From contig NC_134029.1 of NCBI RefSeq assembly GCF_964204645.1, positions 2,666,001 through 2,730,000 on the forward strand: 64,000 bases of DNA. Direction: 5' to 3'. This DNA comes from Tubulanus polymorphus (Eukaryota; Animalia; Nemertea). Shown here piece after piece: positions 27,101 through 37,129 of the stretch; the stretch's first letter is position 1, and each line of letters opens with the position of its first letter. The notes under the pieces were generated by a model that saw only the letters and a program-made list of their open reading frames with translations, did no database searches and was not told the origin of the DNA. The position numbers and the translations under genes were made by a program.

Positions 27101-30100
27101 TATATATATATGTTTATGTTTACTATTTGAAAGCTGGACGACTGGTAACTGGTCTCCGTGTAGTGTATCCTGTGGTAAAGGTCAGAAAAAACGACTGGTC
27201 GAATGTAAACAGAGGGTTTCACCGAAAATTACTTTCATGGTATCGGCGAATCAATGTCTCCACAAACAACGACCGTCGTCCACTGAATATTGTACACTAA
27301 CCGCGTGTTTCAAATGGAGAGCCGGACAATGGGGGAAGGTAAGTGGACACTGGATTAACAAATACAGGAATACAGCATGCATTTACAAAACAGCAGAATC
27401 TGTATTCGTTTATTTACGCTACACCTGAATTAGTTTCCCGATTGGAAAAACATTTACATTTACAACGAAACCCAGTCCTAATCATTCAATCTATTCAATT
27501 TCTGCCAGTGGAAAATAATAGTCTTACGTTATTTCTTCAATTAACTTCTTTCACATCACCGAATGCGATAATCATTTTACTACCGATGTTTTCTTTCACC
27601 TGCGTTTCTGCCAACTCAAAATTAATCTCGATTTCATTCTGAGAAAACTTTAACAAATACGAAAAGTTTGAATATTTGTTTTGAAGGCCAGGAATTTCAG
27701 TCGGTTGTTTTAGGTGCTAACAGTCGGCAGGAAGCGAATTGAAACAAATAGAGCCCCCGCTATTGAGAGAGAAATGTTCCCCATAATGGAAAACTAACGC
27801 GCGTTCAAACGTGAACGAATATAGATTTTTTACGTAATCGAACTATAATTTCTTCCAGATGTTCCGTTCGTTTCTTTTTCTCATCAATCACTTAAATCAA
27901 ATGTGAATAATTGAGTGCAACAACTAGATCCGAAATAAAAAGTTTGTCTTGTGCTCGATTGAGTCCCGAAATATTTCACCAACACTTCCAATTTTCGCAC
28001 CAAAAATGTACAAAATAAGGAGACCTTTTATATCGACGAATATTTCTTTTTTTGTATCGAGAAAAACTATACATAGACTGAGATATGTGTAAAAAAGAAT
28101 GCTATGAGAAATTTTGCCAACAAAAAACGAACGAACGTTTTTGGCACAGCTGCCAGAGATCAGTTGCACCTGTATCGTTTTAGTATATAATCCATCATTA
28201 CAGTAACTAGAGTTTACCTAACAACTGACAACAGCCGCAAATATAGAGAAACTACAAAACTCAGGGAGCAAAGAGTACTGTTTTTTACAGCATATTTCTC
28301 TTAGTTCCTCGATGTCATTGGTCTTTCTACAGCAAGGTGCAAATTTGAAATGATATTTATAGGAAAATCGGTATCAGTCATTCGGTCGAATTTTATTTCA
28401 GTCATTTTCAAATATTAAACAATTTGATGACATTACTGCGATCCGCGCTCGTTGCAAAAAGCTGGTTTTCCCGGTTAACAGCGACACCTTTCGGTCGGGA
28501 TAATTCTCGTACTACGACACTCGTCATTCTGAGATCGGGCGAGAATTTCACGATTCGATCGTTCAGTTCGTCGGCGACGCAAACGAATCCTCGACGATCG
28601 ATGCAGATTCCTTTCGGTCGGTTTAGATGACACGGTCCACCGTCGAGACGACCGATCTGAACTCCGCTACGATCAAACACCTTCACGCATGCGTCACCCG
28701 TCTCCGTGACGAACATCCGGCCTTTATCGTCCATCGCGATTCCCATTGGTTGGTTTAAATATTGAAATGGAGTCACGCGTTCACCGATCATAAACACGGC
28801 ATTGTTGCTGGTATCTGTGACGTATATGTGCCCTGTGAGATGGTCGATCAATGTGTCTGTTGGCTCTCTCAGATGATCGCCTTTAAATTCGCAATCAATT
28901 TGCGCTGATTCGGCCTCACTCGGACGAGATAGTATCAACACTCGTCTGTTTCCAGTATCAGCCACAATCAGAAATCCCAGACCGGCGGTTCGCGTGAATT
29001 TAGCGCTTCTCGGCCTATGAAACCCTCCTTCGATAGAGCACGTAGCTTCGTAAGCTGTTGTATTGATAATCTGGACTCTGTGATTGTACGTGTCCGCAAC
29101 GGATAAATCACCACAGTCATCCACATCGATGAACCAGGGATCGTTTAGTTGACAGGGTCCACTTCCAAATTCCAGAACCTGTGCCGACAATCCTGGGTAT
29201 TTGTGACACAAATCAGCCGTAGATTCAGTCATATTTCCACGAGACAGTTACAGTTCCTCCGTATGAAAAGAATGATTGTGCATACGTTGTATTTTATCGA
29301 TATTGCTGTGCTCGTAAATGTTTATGTCGCCAGGGTAGCAACCACTAGTCAAGAGACCATTCGACGCTATTCACTTTTAGTTTCATACAATTCAGTTCGC
29401 ATATAAAACGATTCATTAATCACGAACCTATCGTTCAATGACGTACGCCATATCGTTATATCTAAAGAACTGGGTAAAACAAGATCAAAGACATTATTTT
29501 GATGACGAAAAGATAACGGGTTTAAAAAATGTTATTCAACGTCTTAATACCGGATGCCGGGGCCAAGTTGCATAATCGAAACTTTAGTCGTAACCCTAAT
29601 GACCGAAGGTGTTAGATTGGATATAGAACTTAATTGATCTTATAGACTGGTCTTAAATCTAAGCATTTCCTGCGCAACTGGTATCCCACATAGTGTAAAC
29701 GTACTGTGAATTGAATATCCCAAATCAAAAATCAGAAATAGAAAATCAAAGAACTTATTGGGTTGTTTTTTTAAATCTTTAGTGTTCAGTATCGTGTGGC
29801 CGAGGTAAACAGAGGCGTGATATCGCCTGTGTGGATTCATACGGTAAACAAGTTCAAGATAATTACTGCGAAGGTGACAAACCGCACAACGAACAGAGAT
29901 GTCACAAGGGTTCCTGCGATAGAGACTGGATTCATACTGAATGGTCGAAAAAGGTAGGAATACCGAATCGAAACATTTGAAACATTGACAGAAATTATGG
30001 AATTCATTGTGAACAATTTTGTTATGTATTTTGTGTAGTGTTCGTCTGACTGTGGAGAAGGTGTTTACACTCGAAAAGTCATCTGTAGCGCTATTTCCAA

Positions 30101-31129
30101 CAGGTGCGATTCGCAATTCAAACCCGCATCTCAAAGACCGTGTAATACTGGTGGTCGACAGTGTGGAGCGGCCTGGTATAGTGGACCGTGGAGCAAGGTT
30201 AGTAATATCAGGGAGGTCCCCCTCCCCGATTATATCAAAACTCTCAGCACCACGACGCCTCTTAGGTAATTAACTGATGCAATTTTCTAATTGGCATTCA
30301 GTGTTCAGATTCGTGTGAAAGTCAGGTGCAGGTTCGACCCGTGGTGTGTATGATAAGAGGAGTGAATTCGGTCCTGCAGTCCACGACCGATTCTAACTGC
30401 ATCAGAGAACTGAAACCTAGCAATGAACAGCCATGTGACAGGACGAGATGTGGCGCTGATTGGTTCATGTCCGCCTGGTCTGAGGTACGTAAGCTAACCG
30501 TTTCAACGGGTTGGACCAGATTTGTCTGACATATCCTGAATTTTGAATGTTCTGCAGAATTCATTCTTCCACTTGATTTATTCAGTGTTCAAAGAATTGC
30601 GGATCCGGGCATCAAACAAGAAAGGTCATGTGCATGGTCGGTGGTCTTACTCCGAGTACCAGTTGTCCGGATGGAAATAAACCAGTTGATTCTAGAGACT
30701 GCAATAACGGCGAATGTCCAACCGAGGCCCCACTGGGTAAGTAACATATGGCAGACAAGTTTCAATCCAGTTCTACTGTGGATTCAGAGCAATAATTGAA
30801 AAGTATAACTAAATATACTACCAATCGAAACAAAACAAAAACGGCCATTTTGAGTCGACCTTCTGTTGACGTCGATGGTAAAATCGCGATGTCTAAAACC
30901 GCGCTTTGGACTATAAGCTCATTATAGGTTTTATTCAAGTCAATGACGCCACTTAAAATGTTGAAAGATCGTGCTGGTAAATTACATTTTAGATCCATCG
31001 TGCCGAGACAAAATGCAGCAGTGTAAAACAGTCGTTCAGGCGAGACTTTGCAGATACGGATATTACAAGAATTTGTGTTGTCGATCGTGTACTCTGCACA
31101 AACGTCATCATCACCACAAACATCACTAG
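10269..31129 (+). CDS. ADAMTS-like secreted ECM protein (THSD4/ADAMTSL6 - ADAMTSL4 type): signal peptide, TSR, Cys-rich, spacer, Gly/Arg linker, 5 TSRs, PLAC; no protease domain
   Basis: Exons 10269-10273 (ATG AG, less certain), 15516-15573, 15734-15849, 17365-17434, 18614-18716, 18913-19043, 24635-24839, 25684-25862, 26169-26263, 26343-26692, 26777-26906, 27134-27338, 30039-30197, 30302-30484, 30586-30736, 30993-31129 are phase-consistent. Motifs: [56 protein letters not shown], five W..W..CS..CG-type repeats and [22 protein letters not shown]...CCRSC. Confidence 0.92.
16295..16364 (+). other. candidate mutually exclusive alternative exon for the second half of TSR1
   Basis: AG...GT-bounded, 70 nt, same length and phases as exon 17365-17434; encodes [23 protein letters not shown]. 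Both splice sites are weak. Confidence 0.3.
18159..18194. repeat. (CTG)12 microsatellite, intronic
   Basis: Read directly from the sequence. Confidence 0.95.
22936..22974 (+). other. candidate internal alternative first coding exon of the ADAMTS-like gene
   Basis: aaacaATG context; encodes hydrophobic [13 protein letters not shown]; strong CTG|GTAAGT donor; phase 0, compatible with exon 24635. Confidence 0.45.
28408..29232 (-). CDS. stand-alone NHL-repeat (beta-propeller) protein, intronless CDS, nested antisense in an ADAMTS-like intron
   Basis: 274-aa ORF with about six NHL repeats: [111 protein letters not shown]. It lies inside intron 27339-30038. Confidence 0.9.
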   Translation of the reverse strand: MTESTADLCHKYPGLSAQVLEFGSGPCQLNDPWFIDVDDCGDLSVADTYNHRVQIINTTAYEATCSIEGGFHRPRSAKFTRTAGLGFLIVADTGNRRVLILSRPSEAESAQIDCEFKGDHLREPTDTLIDHLTGHIYVTDTSNNAVFMIGERVTPFQYLNQPMGIAMDDKGRMFVTETGDACVKVFDRSGVQIGRLDGGPCHLNRPKGICIDRRGFVCVADELNDRIVKFSPDLRMTSVVVRELSRPKGVAVNRENQLFATSADRSNVIKLFNI

Positions 31130-32099
31130 ACATTGTTTATACACGTGTATCTTCCACTTGGCTGAATATTCAAATCTAAAAATCTCAGGGCCCAGTTTCA
31201 CTAAAGCCATAGTGACTACTTTAATTCTGAAAGTGCTCACTTGTAACATCAAATCGTGCGAGATGAACTCTGTGAAACCGACCCTGGCCAAAGAAAAGAA
31301 AATCCATGGGATTTCGAGGATACCAGAAACGGGAAAGCTGATGAGGAATGTTGCCCGAGTGTGGTGATATTAAAACAGTACACATCTATTCATTCGAATT
31401 CTAACTTATCTGTTCGTATTTAGTAGGATAAATTGAAAGGGTTGTGAATGAATTAAGGATCGAAGCCGCGATATTAGCATTCACTTTTTAACAACGTAAC
31501 AAATAAACAACGACGTCGCCTTTCCAAATAGTGTTACTGGAAGGCTAAGTAAGAAATACTTTTACATACTTTAAAGATAGAAAACACTTTTTACTGCTGA
31601 GATTCATTTATTCATTAGTGTTAGCATTATGAATATACATATATACATATACACAAATATATATTGGATCTGTATTATAGCGCAGTGCTTTGGCTACCAG
31701 TCGCGTTATAAACTAAGAATAATCAGCAGATTTAACTTGTTTTAGCGCAATTTATCAACCATTCTCGCTGTAAATAAAGTTTTTTTTCAACTATTCCTCC
31801 GATTCATAATCTTATATTATACCGATGTGTTGTGAAAATATGTGACTTAAAAAAAAACAAAACATGTAATTTATTTACTTCAATAGAGTTTTCTTTGTTT
31901 ACGGTCTTGATACGGAGAGAAGTTCATTCATGTTTTCATGGCTTACAGCCGAACGTCATTCTTATTGAACCGCCGGGATAAGGAAAATGAAAGGTATCTG
32001 ATATGCGATGGTATGACGGGATTCGCCGCAGTGAAAATATCGAGTCAGATATTGACCGTCTAGTGCTGCCCATTTGTATAACCACAGCGGAGAAAACGA

Positions 32100-32458
32100 G
32101 AACTAACAGAATACTTGCTTGCCAGAGACTTTGAACGGCCGTAGTAACTTATTTACCCGGCGTTTCAAAATGGCGGCACATTGAACAAGACCGTGAACAT
32201 CACGCTGTTAATGTGGCAGCGAATATTTTGATAATTCAACCGAAAGCGTTTTTCATGAAGGAAACTTTGATCGGTTTGAAGAATATACAGTTAAAAGTAG
32301 TTTGACTTCATTCAATCGATGGTGTACGTCTCAGGCGTAGATTTTCAGATGCGATTTCGAATGAATTGCGACATTTTCCGAGTCTGTTTCCCCAAACGTC
32401 GCCATCTTTTTCGAGTACGTATTCGGATGTACTTGCTCGGCAAGCAGTTTTTAGTTAC
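32100..32458. mobile_element. degenerate palindromic MITE-like element
   Basis: Imperfect inverted ends (aactaa...tgcttgcc / ggcaagca...ttagtt) and internal inverted motifs (aaaatggcggc / gtcgccatcttt); no clear TSD. Confidence 0.35.
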
Positions 32459-32593
32459 CTAATCATTGGTGGTAAATAGCTTACCACCATTTACACTACT
32501 ATACACATTTACACTCGGATGAGCTTATACCAATCGGATGTGGTTTGTGAAAATATCCGATCGTGAAACTAAACCAGACATGTTACTGACTAG
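32451..32593 (+). repeat. dispersed repeat; second copy at ~35111-35230 in PSMA4 intron 2
   Basis: Shared blocks ttagttacctaat..tggtggtaa, gcttataccaa and atgtggtttgtgaaaatatccgatcgtgaaactaaa.cagaca.gttactgactag. Confidence 0.8.
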
Positions 32594-33186
32594 GCTAGCA
32601 GGTACCCTACTCGACACACGTCCGGGTATGATACTCGGTGCTCATAAAAACGTCCACCGATTTGTGGGCGGATTCCGAGAAAATGTCTCTTCGAACTGAA
32701 TTAAGTAATCCCCGGTATTATAAATCAATTGATATTCTTGAAGTTTGAATCGATATCTATGACAACCATGTTGACATTTTATCTGATGGATACGACGACA
32801 CGAAACCACCACTCAGACTTCCATAATCAATGAGACACACAATAACTAATAATCAGATTTAGAAAGAAAGATCTGTTTTTTTATTTGTTTTACACATTTT
32901 TTATACATACAATAATTAATATACATGTAATAAGTGAGAGAGAAAATACAGCACAGCGTGAACTAACTGTGAGCTTTCAGTCACTGGTATTCATAATCTT
33001 CAAACTTTAGACAATCCTCAGAGAGTCTATTTATCTACAATGACAAAATCAAATTCAATATTCATTATTAGACTATAGTTAAAGTAATAAAACTTTTATA
33101 CTTAAAGGAAATATTTCATGATACCAAAATCTAAAACAAAACATGCGCGCACGAAATCGAGTGATGTGATTTTTGTTACCGGTTTT

Positions 33187-36116
33187 TTATGATTTATCTT
33201 TCTTTTCTTTTTTCTCAGCATCCGACTTGGCCTCGGCTGCTTCGTGCTTCTTCAATAACTCATCAACTTCGCTCGTTGGTAAAACCTTCAATAACAATTT
33301 AGGTATCAGTGGAAAACCGGTTCTAACAAAATCAAAAATTTTTGATCGAATATCATTTTTTTGCCCCGGGAACCACTCGAATTCTATTAGCGGTCTAGTC
33401 ATTCAAAATAAATGATTGGCTGTGATGTTTAGATTGGCCGCTTCTTCTATTTGTATAAGGCTTAGAATCGTGCACATAGGACGGGTGGAGTGGGGATGGT
33501 GGTGCAGGAAGAGGGGACTGGAAATACAATTACCTTTATAACAGTTTTCCCATTTTCTCTTGTCAATGTCGCTAATTCCATTTTCTCTGATGATAATTTA
33601 TTGATATCTAGAGTTTTATTGAGAACTTTCAAACTCAACAACAAAGCATCTTTCAATTCTATTGTCTCTTTATAGTCCTGTTTCAACATCGAAATAGCAG
33701 CCTATACAAATAGAAATAAATAAACACACTCAATCGCAACGACAAAGCACAAGTTTTCTCAGACCTGTAGCCAGGGCAGATAGTGGCTAGGTGGAGTTCT
33801 TTGGTACTCAAATGAGCACAATTCAGGGAATTTTTAGCAGGTTGGAAGTTTCTTTTCCCCTTAACCTAATCAGTGCCATTCAGGACATTACTAGCAAGTC
33901 AAAGGTGTCTTTTTTCCCAATTGATGGAAAACAGAGAATACCTTGCCGCTGCCACAATTTGAACCCCCGAGTTTGACGGCCTTCTCACAGATCTGAGGAA
34001 TTAGGTAATAGTGGTAGAGATGTACACTTACTGCACTATTGTTACCGATACAAGTAGCTTTCCATCCTCCGTAGTTTCCACTAGGATCACTCTGATACAA
34101 CTGATATCCGTGGTGTTTATCCCAACCCATATATAACAATGAAACACCGAACGGTCGTTTACCTGATACAAAAACAAACATAAATCAATTAACAATGAGC
34201 CAATCGAATAACTTCTGTCAGTTAGGACCTAGCAATATTACCTCCGATTTGTGTATATAACTGTTTATAATCACAGATAGAACTGACTAACTGTTCACAG
34301 GGTTGAGGTTCACCATAATAGAATAAATACCTACAAAACAATCATCGCATAAATATCAGATCAGATCAAGCAAAAATTGTAGAGCTGTGTTCATTGTGGC
34401 AAAATATCCGATGAGGGCGGTTTCTTTTCAAGAGGAGCCTTGTGCCAATGAGATATAAACAAATTTGAATTCTCCGACTTATCCGTGATTTTCAAGAGGA
34501 GTCAGAATTCTCTAATTTTCCCCACAGGGAAAAATGAATCTGATATTCCTTGATGATTTTTTCTGACCTGTAAAAGGGAGACCCAAAACCGGACGCAAAG
34601 TTCATACCTCTGAGCAGAATAACGCAATTCATTAATCAAGAAATTTGCGTCGGAGGTGATTCCTGCAACGCTACAAGCCATATCCCTAGAAATAAATCGA
34701 AACTTGCAGTTCATTATTTTCATTCGAAATTCATAAATCGCAGGAAATTGCGAATGATTGTTAAACTTACTCGTGAAGTTTGTAGATTTTTTCTGAGTAG
34801 GAAACCTCGTCGAGGAGTTTATTCGTGTTACGTCTTTCCGCAGCTAAAACGACGCCATCTTTAGCTAGAATACCGAGACACGTACCAGCGTGGCCGATAG
34901 CTTCCATCGCATATTCAACCTGGTACAATCGACCTAAAAACAAAACAAAATGAGGACTATTCACTGACCGATCTATTCAATTAAAATCAATCAATAATTC
35001 GTCAAATTCTACAGATGACAAATAAATATTGTATGAACCCTCAAGAATTAAAATCTGAGATGCATGCCAACACAGACCCTGGCCGCAGATCCTACATTGA
35101 AATTGGTCTAGTTAGTTACCTAATTGTTGGTGGTAAGCTTTTTATAATCGAATGGGCTTATACCAACGGATCAATGTGGTTTGTGAAAATATCCGATCGT
35201 GAAACTAAATCAGACAGGTTACTGACTAGTGATCACTAGGCGGCCACAAGTATCTAGCCCACAGGGACTTGGCACAAAAAGTTTTTGACCCCAGTATCCT
35301 AGGTACTACATATGAGAAGACTTTTTATATATAGTACCTAGGATACTGGGGTCAAAAACTTTGTGTGTCAAGTCCCTGTGATCTAGCCAATTAGATGCGT
35401 TGCATTGATAAAGCGAATCTGCCAGTGAAAAACAACGCATCTGATTGTCGGTGAAAGTTAATTGAAATGAAGTGGCTATTCGCACGGACACGTACGAATA
35501 ATTCCGGAGGTTATTCGTAAAGGAAGGGATAGGGTTAGGGTAAGGTGAGGCTATATCTAGTTAAAACATTCGGCCGACTGTCAGCGAGCTTGGTGGTCTA
35601 GTGGTACGATGCTGTGCTAGTAATTTACTGGTTTACTGGCCCGGCATCGAGTCTCATTCTATTTTTCTCTTACTCTCTTCTCTACACTTTCCTTGAATTT
35701 TCTAGGTCCCGCACCTTTTTGTACGATGTGTGGCGAATATACATTCTACCCAGAACAAAATGCAAGGCTTTAATCTCTACTTTAGATTCTGACTATCTAA
35801 AATAATTTTGATTTCGATGGCTTACCTTCAGGAGAGAAGATAGTCGTACGCGAGTCATATCTGCGAGACTGGAAAAAAATTCATCACAATAAAATAAGTT
35901 TGATTGATTTTTTTTGTGATTCAGCATTTTTAATGTTTGATTTCGGATTCAGACCGCGAATCAGGAAATTAATTCATCAATTCTAATTATTTATAAATAA
36001 ACAATACATCACAGATTCAAGCTAGAATAATCGATTACAACCGGGAAAACGATTAACTGTGTGATAAGATTTGTATAAAATTTTGCTGCCGGCAAATTTC
36101 AATCTAAACCCACCAT
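33187..36116 (-). CDS. PSMA4: proteasome 20S subunit alpha type-4 (alpha3)
   Basis: Exons (minus) 36116-36114 (ATG only), 35868-35826, 34933-34771, 34685-34608, 34330-34242, 34161-34032, 33701-33534, 33285-33187. They give [57 protein letters not shown]...[54 protein letters not shown]...EKKEKKDKS. Confidence 0.98.
35260..35380. mobile_element. 121-bp hairpin MITE with 8-bp TSD (hAT-like)
   Basis: Arms of ~53 bp (cacagggacttggcacaaaaagtttttgaccccagtatcctaggtacta... and its near-perfect reverse complement), flanked on both sides by ATCTAGCC (35252-35259, 35381-35388). Confidence 0.88.
35587..35655 (+). pseudogene. tRNA-derived relic (SINE head or tRNA pseudogene)
   Basis: A-box-like TGGTCTAGTGG, loop-like CTAGTAA and degenerate B-box (atcgagtc); no intact cloverleaf. 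Confidence 0.35.
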
Positions 36117-36591
36117 CTTGGATTTCTTGAGCGTCACTAATAAGCGGCTGGCGGACTCGGAAGAGTAAACACTAAATTCCTGGGTAGAATGTGTAAAGGG
36201 CCAACTTCCGACTACTGGTGTCCCAGCAAACTTGGGAAACAAATATCAATATTTTTAGCCTGACTGGGTTGGAACTCCACACACCCCTGCGTACAAAAAT
36301 CTCACGCCCTGAACTGTCAAATCGGACGGTTCTATGATCTGATCACTGCCCGACCGGCGCTGGGGTTCGCCCGCGGATCGCATCGAGTCATAGTCCGCAC
36401 CTTAGTCCAATTCCGGACCGATTAGGGGTTTTCGGGTTTTCGAAATATCCATTACCGTCCTAATGTCATCGGTTTTACACTTCCGAACTGTCAAAATTTA
36501 AAGTTGCCCATTTGTTGATTAATTAGTGGTTTACAATTCCCAGATTACAGTAGAATGATCGCATATTGGGTGCATATTCGTGATTAAACAG
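36117..36591. promoter_or_regulatory. probable bidirectional promoter and 5' UTR exons of PSMA4 (-) and TBCK (+)
   Basis: GC/CpG-richer patch at ~36340-36430 between the divergent genes; CAG|GTACAC donor at 36591 and acceptor near 37105 suggest a non-coding TBCK exon 1. Confidence 0.6.
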
Positions 36592-36808
36592 GTACACTTT
36601 AGAGTTTAGTGATTAAACCACAGGCACTCGCCGACGAGGGTATACACACAGTCTCTGGCCGGGGTGGGGGAGGTTATTGATACTGATGACTGTATCTATC
36701 TGTGTTTTGAGTGGTTAATCTGCAATAAATCCGAGAAAAAACATCTCGCTACTGATACGTTTAAGAAGATAATGGCCGCCGCTAGCTGCATACACACAAC
36801 GACATCAC

Positions 36809-36866
36809 TAGTCTAGTAGTAGCTAGCCGTTGTTCGGAACCGTAACAACGACTGGTATTCAGACTA
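36809..36866. mobile_element. 58-bp mini-MITE (TAGTCT...AGACTA) with 9-bp TSD, Mutator-like
   Basis: Flanked by CGACATCAC at 36800-36808 and 36867-36875; imperfect hairpin. Confidence 0.8.
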
Positions 36867-37129
36867 CGACATCACTAGCTACTAACAAACTTCGTCTTTC
36901 CAATCTAAAATTAAAACTTCTATTTTATATGATGCTTACTTGTGATATTAGATTAAAGTTATATATCCTTTTATTCCGTGAGACACTATCGATTTGTGAA
37001 ACGTCTTTCATATTGCATAACGTGTACATATTGCACCGTGAAACTTACCCTAATTTCTTTGATTTCTCCACTAAATATTACTGCAATGAAATGTGACTAT
37101 TTCAGAGGCAGTTGATGTAATAATCGAAG

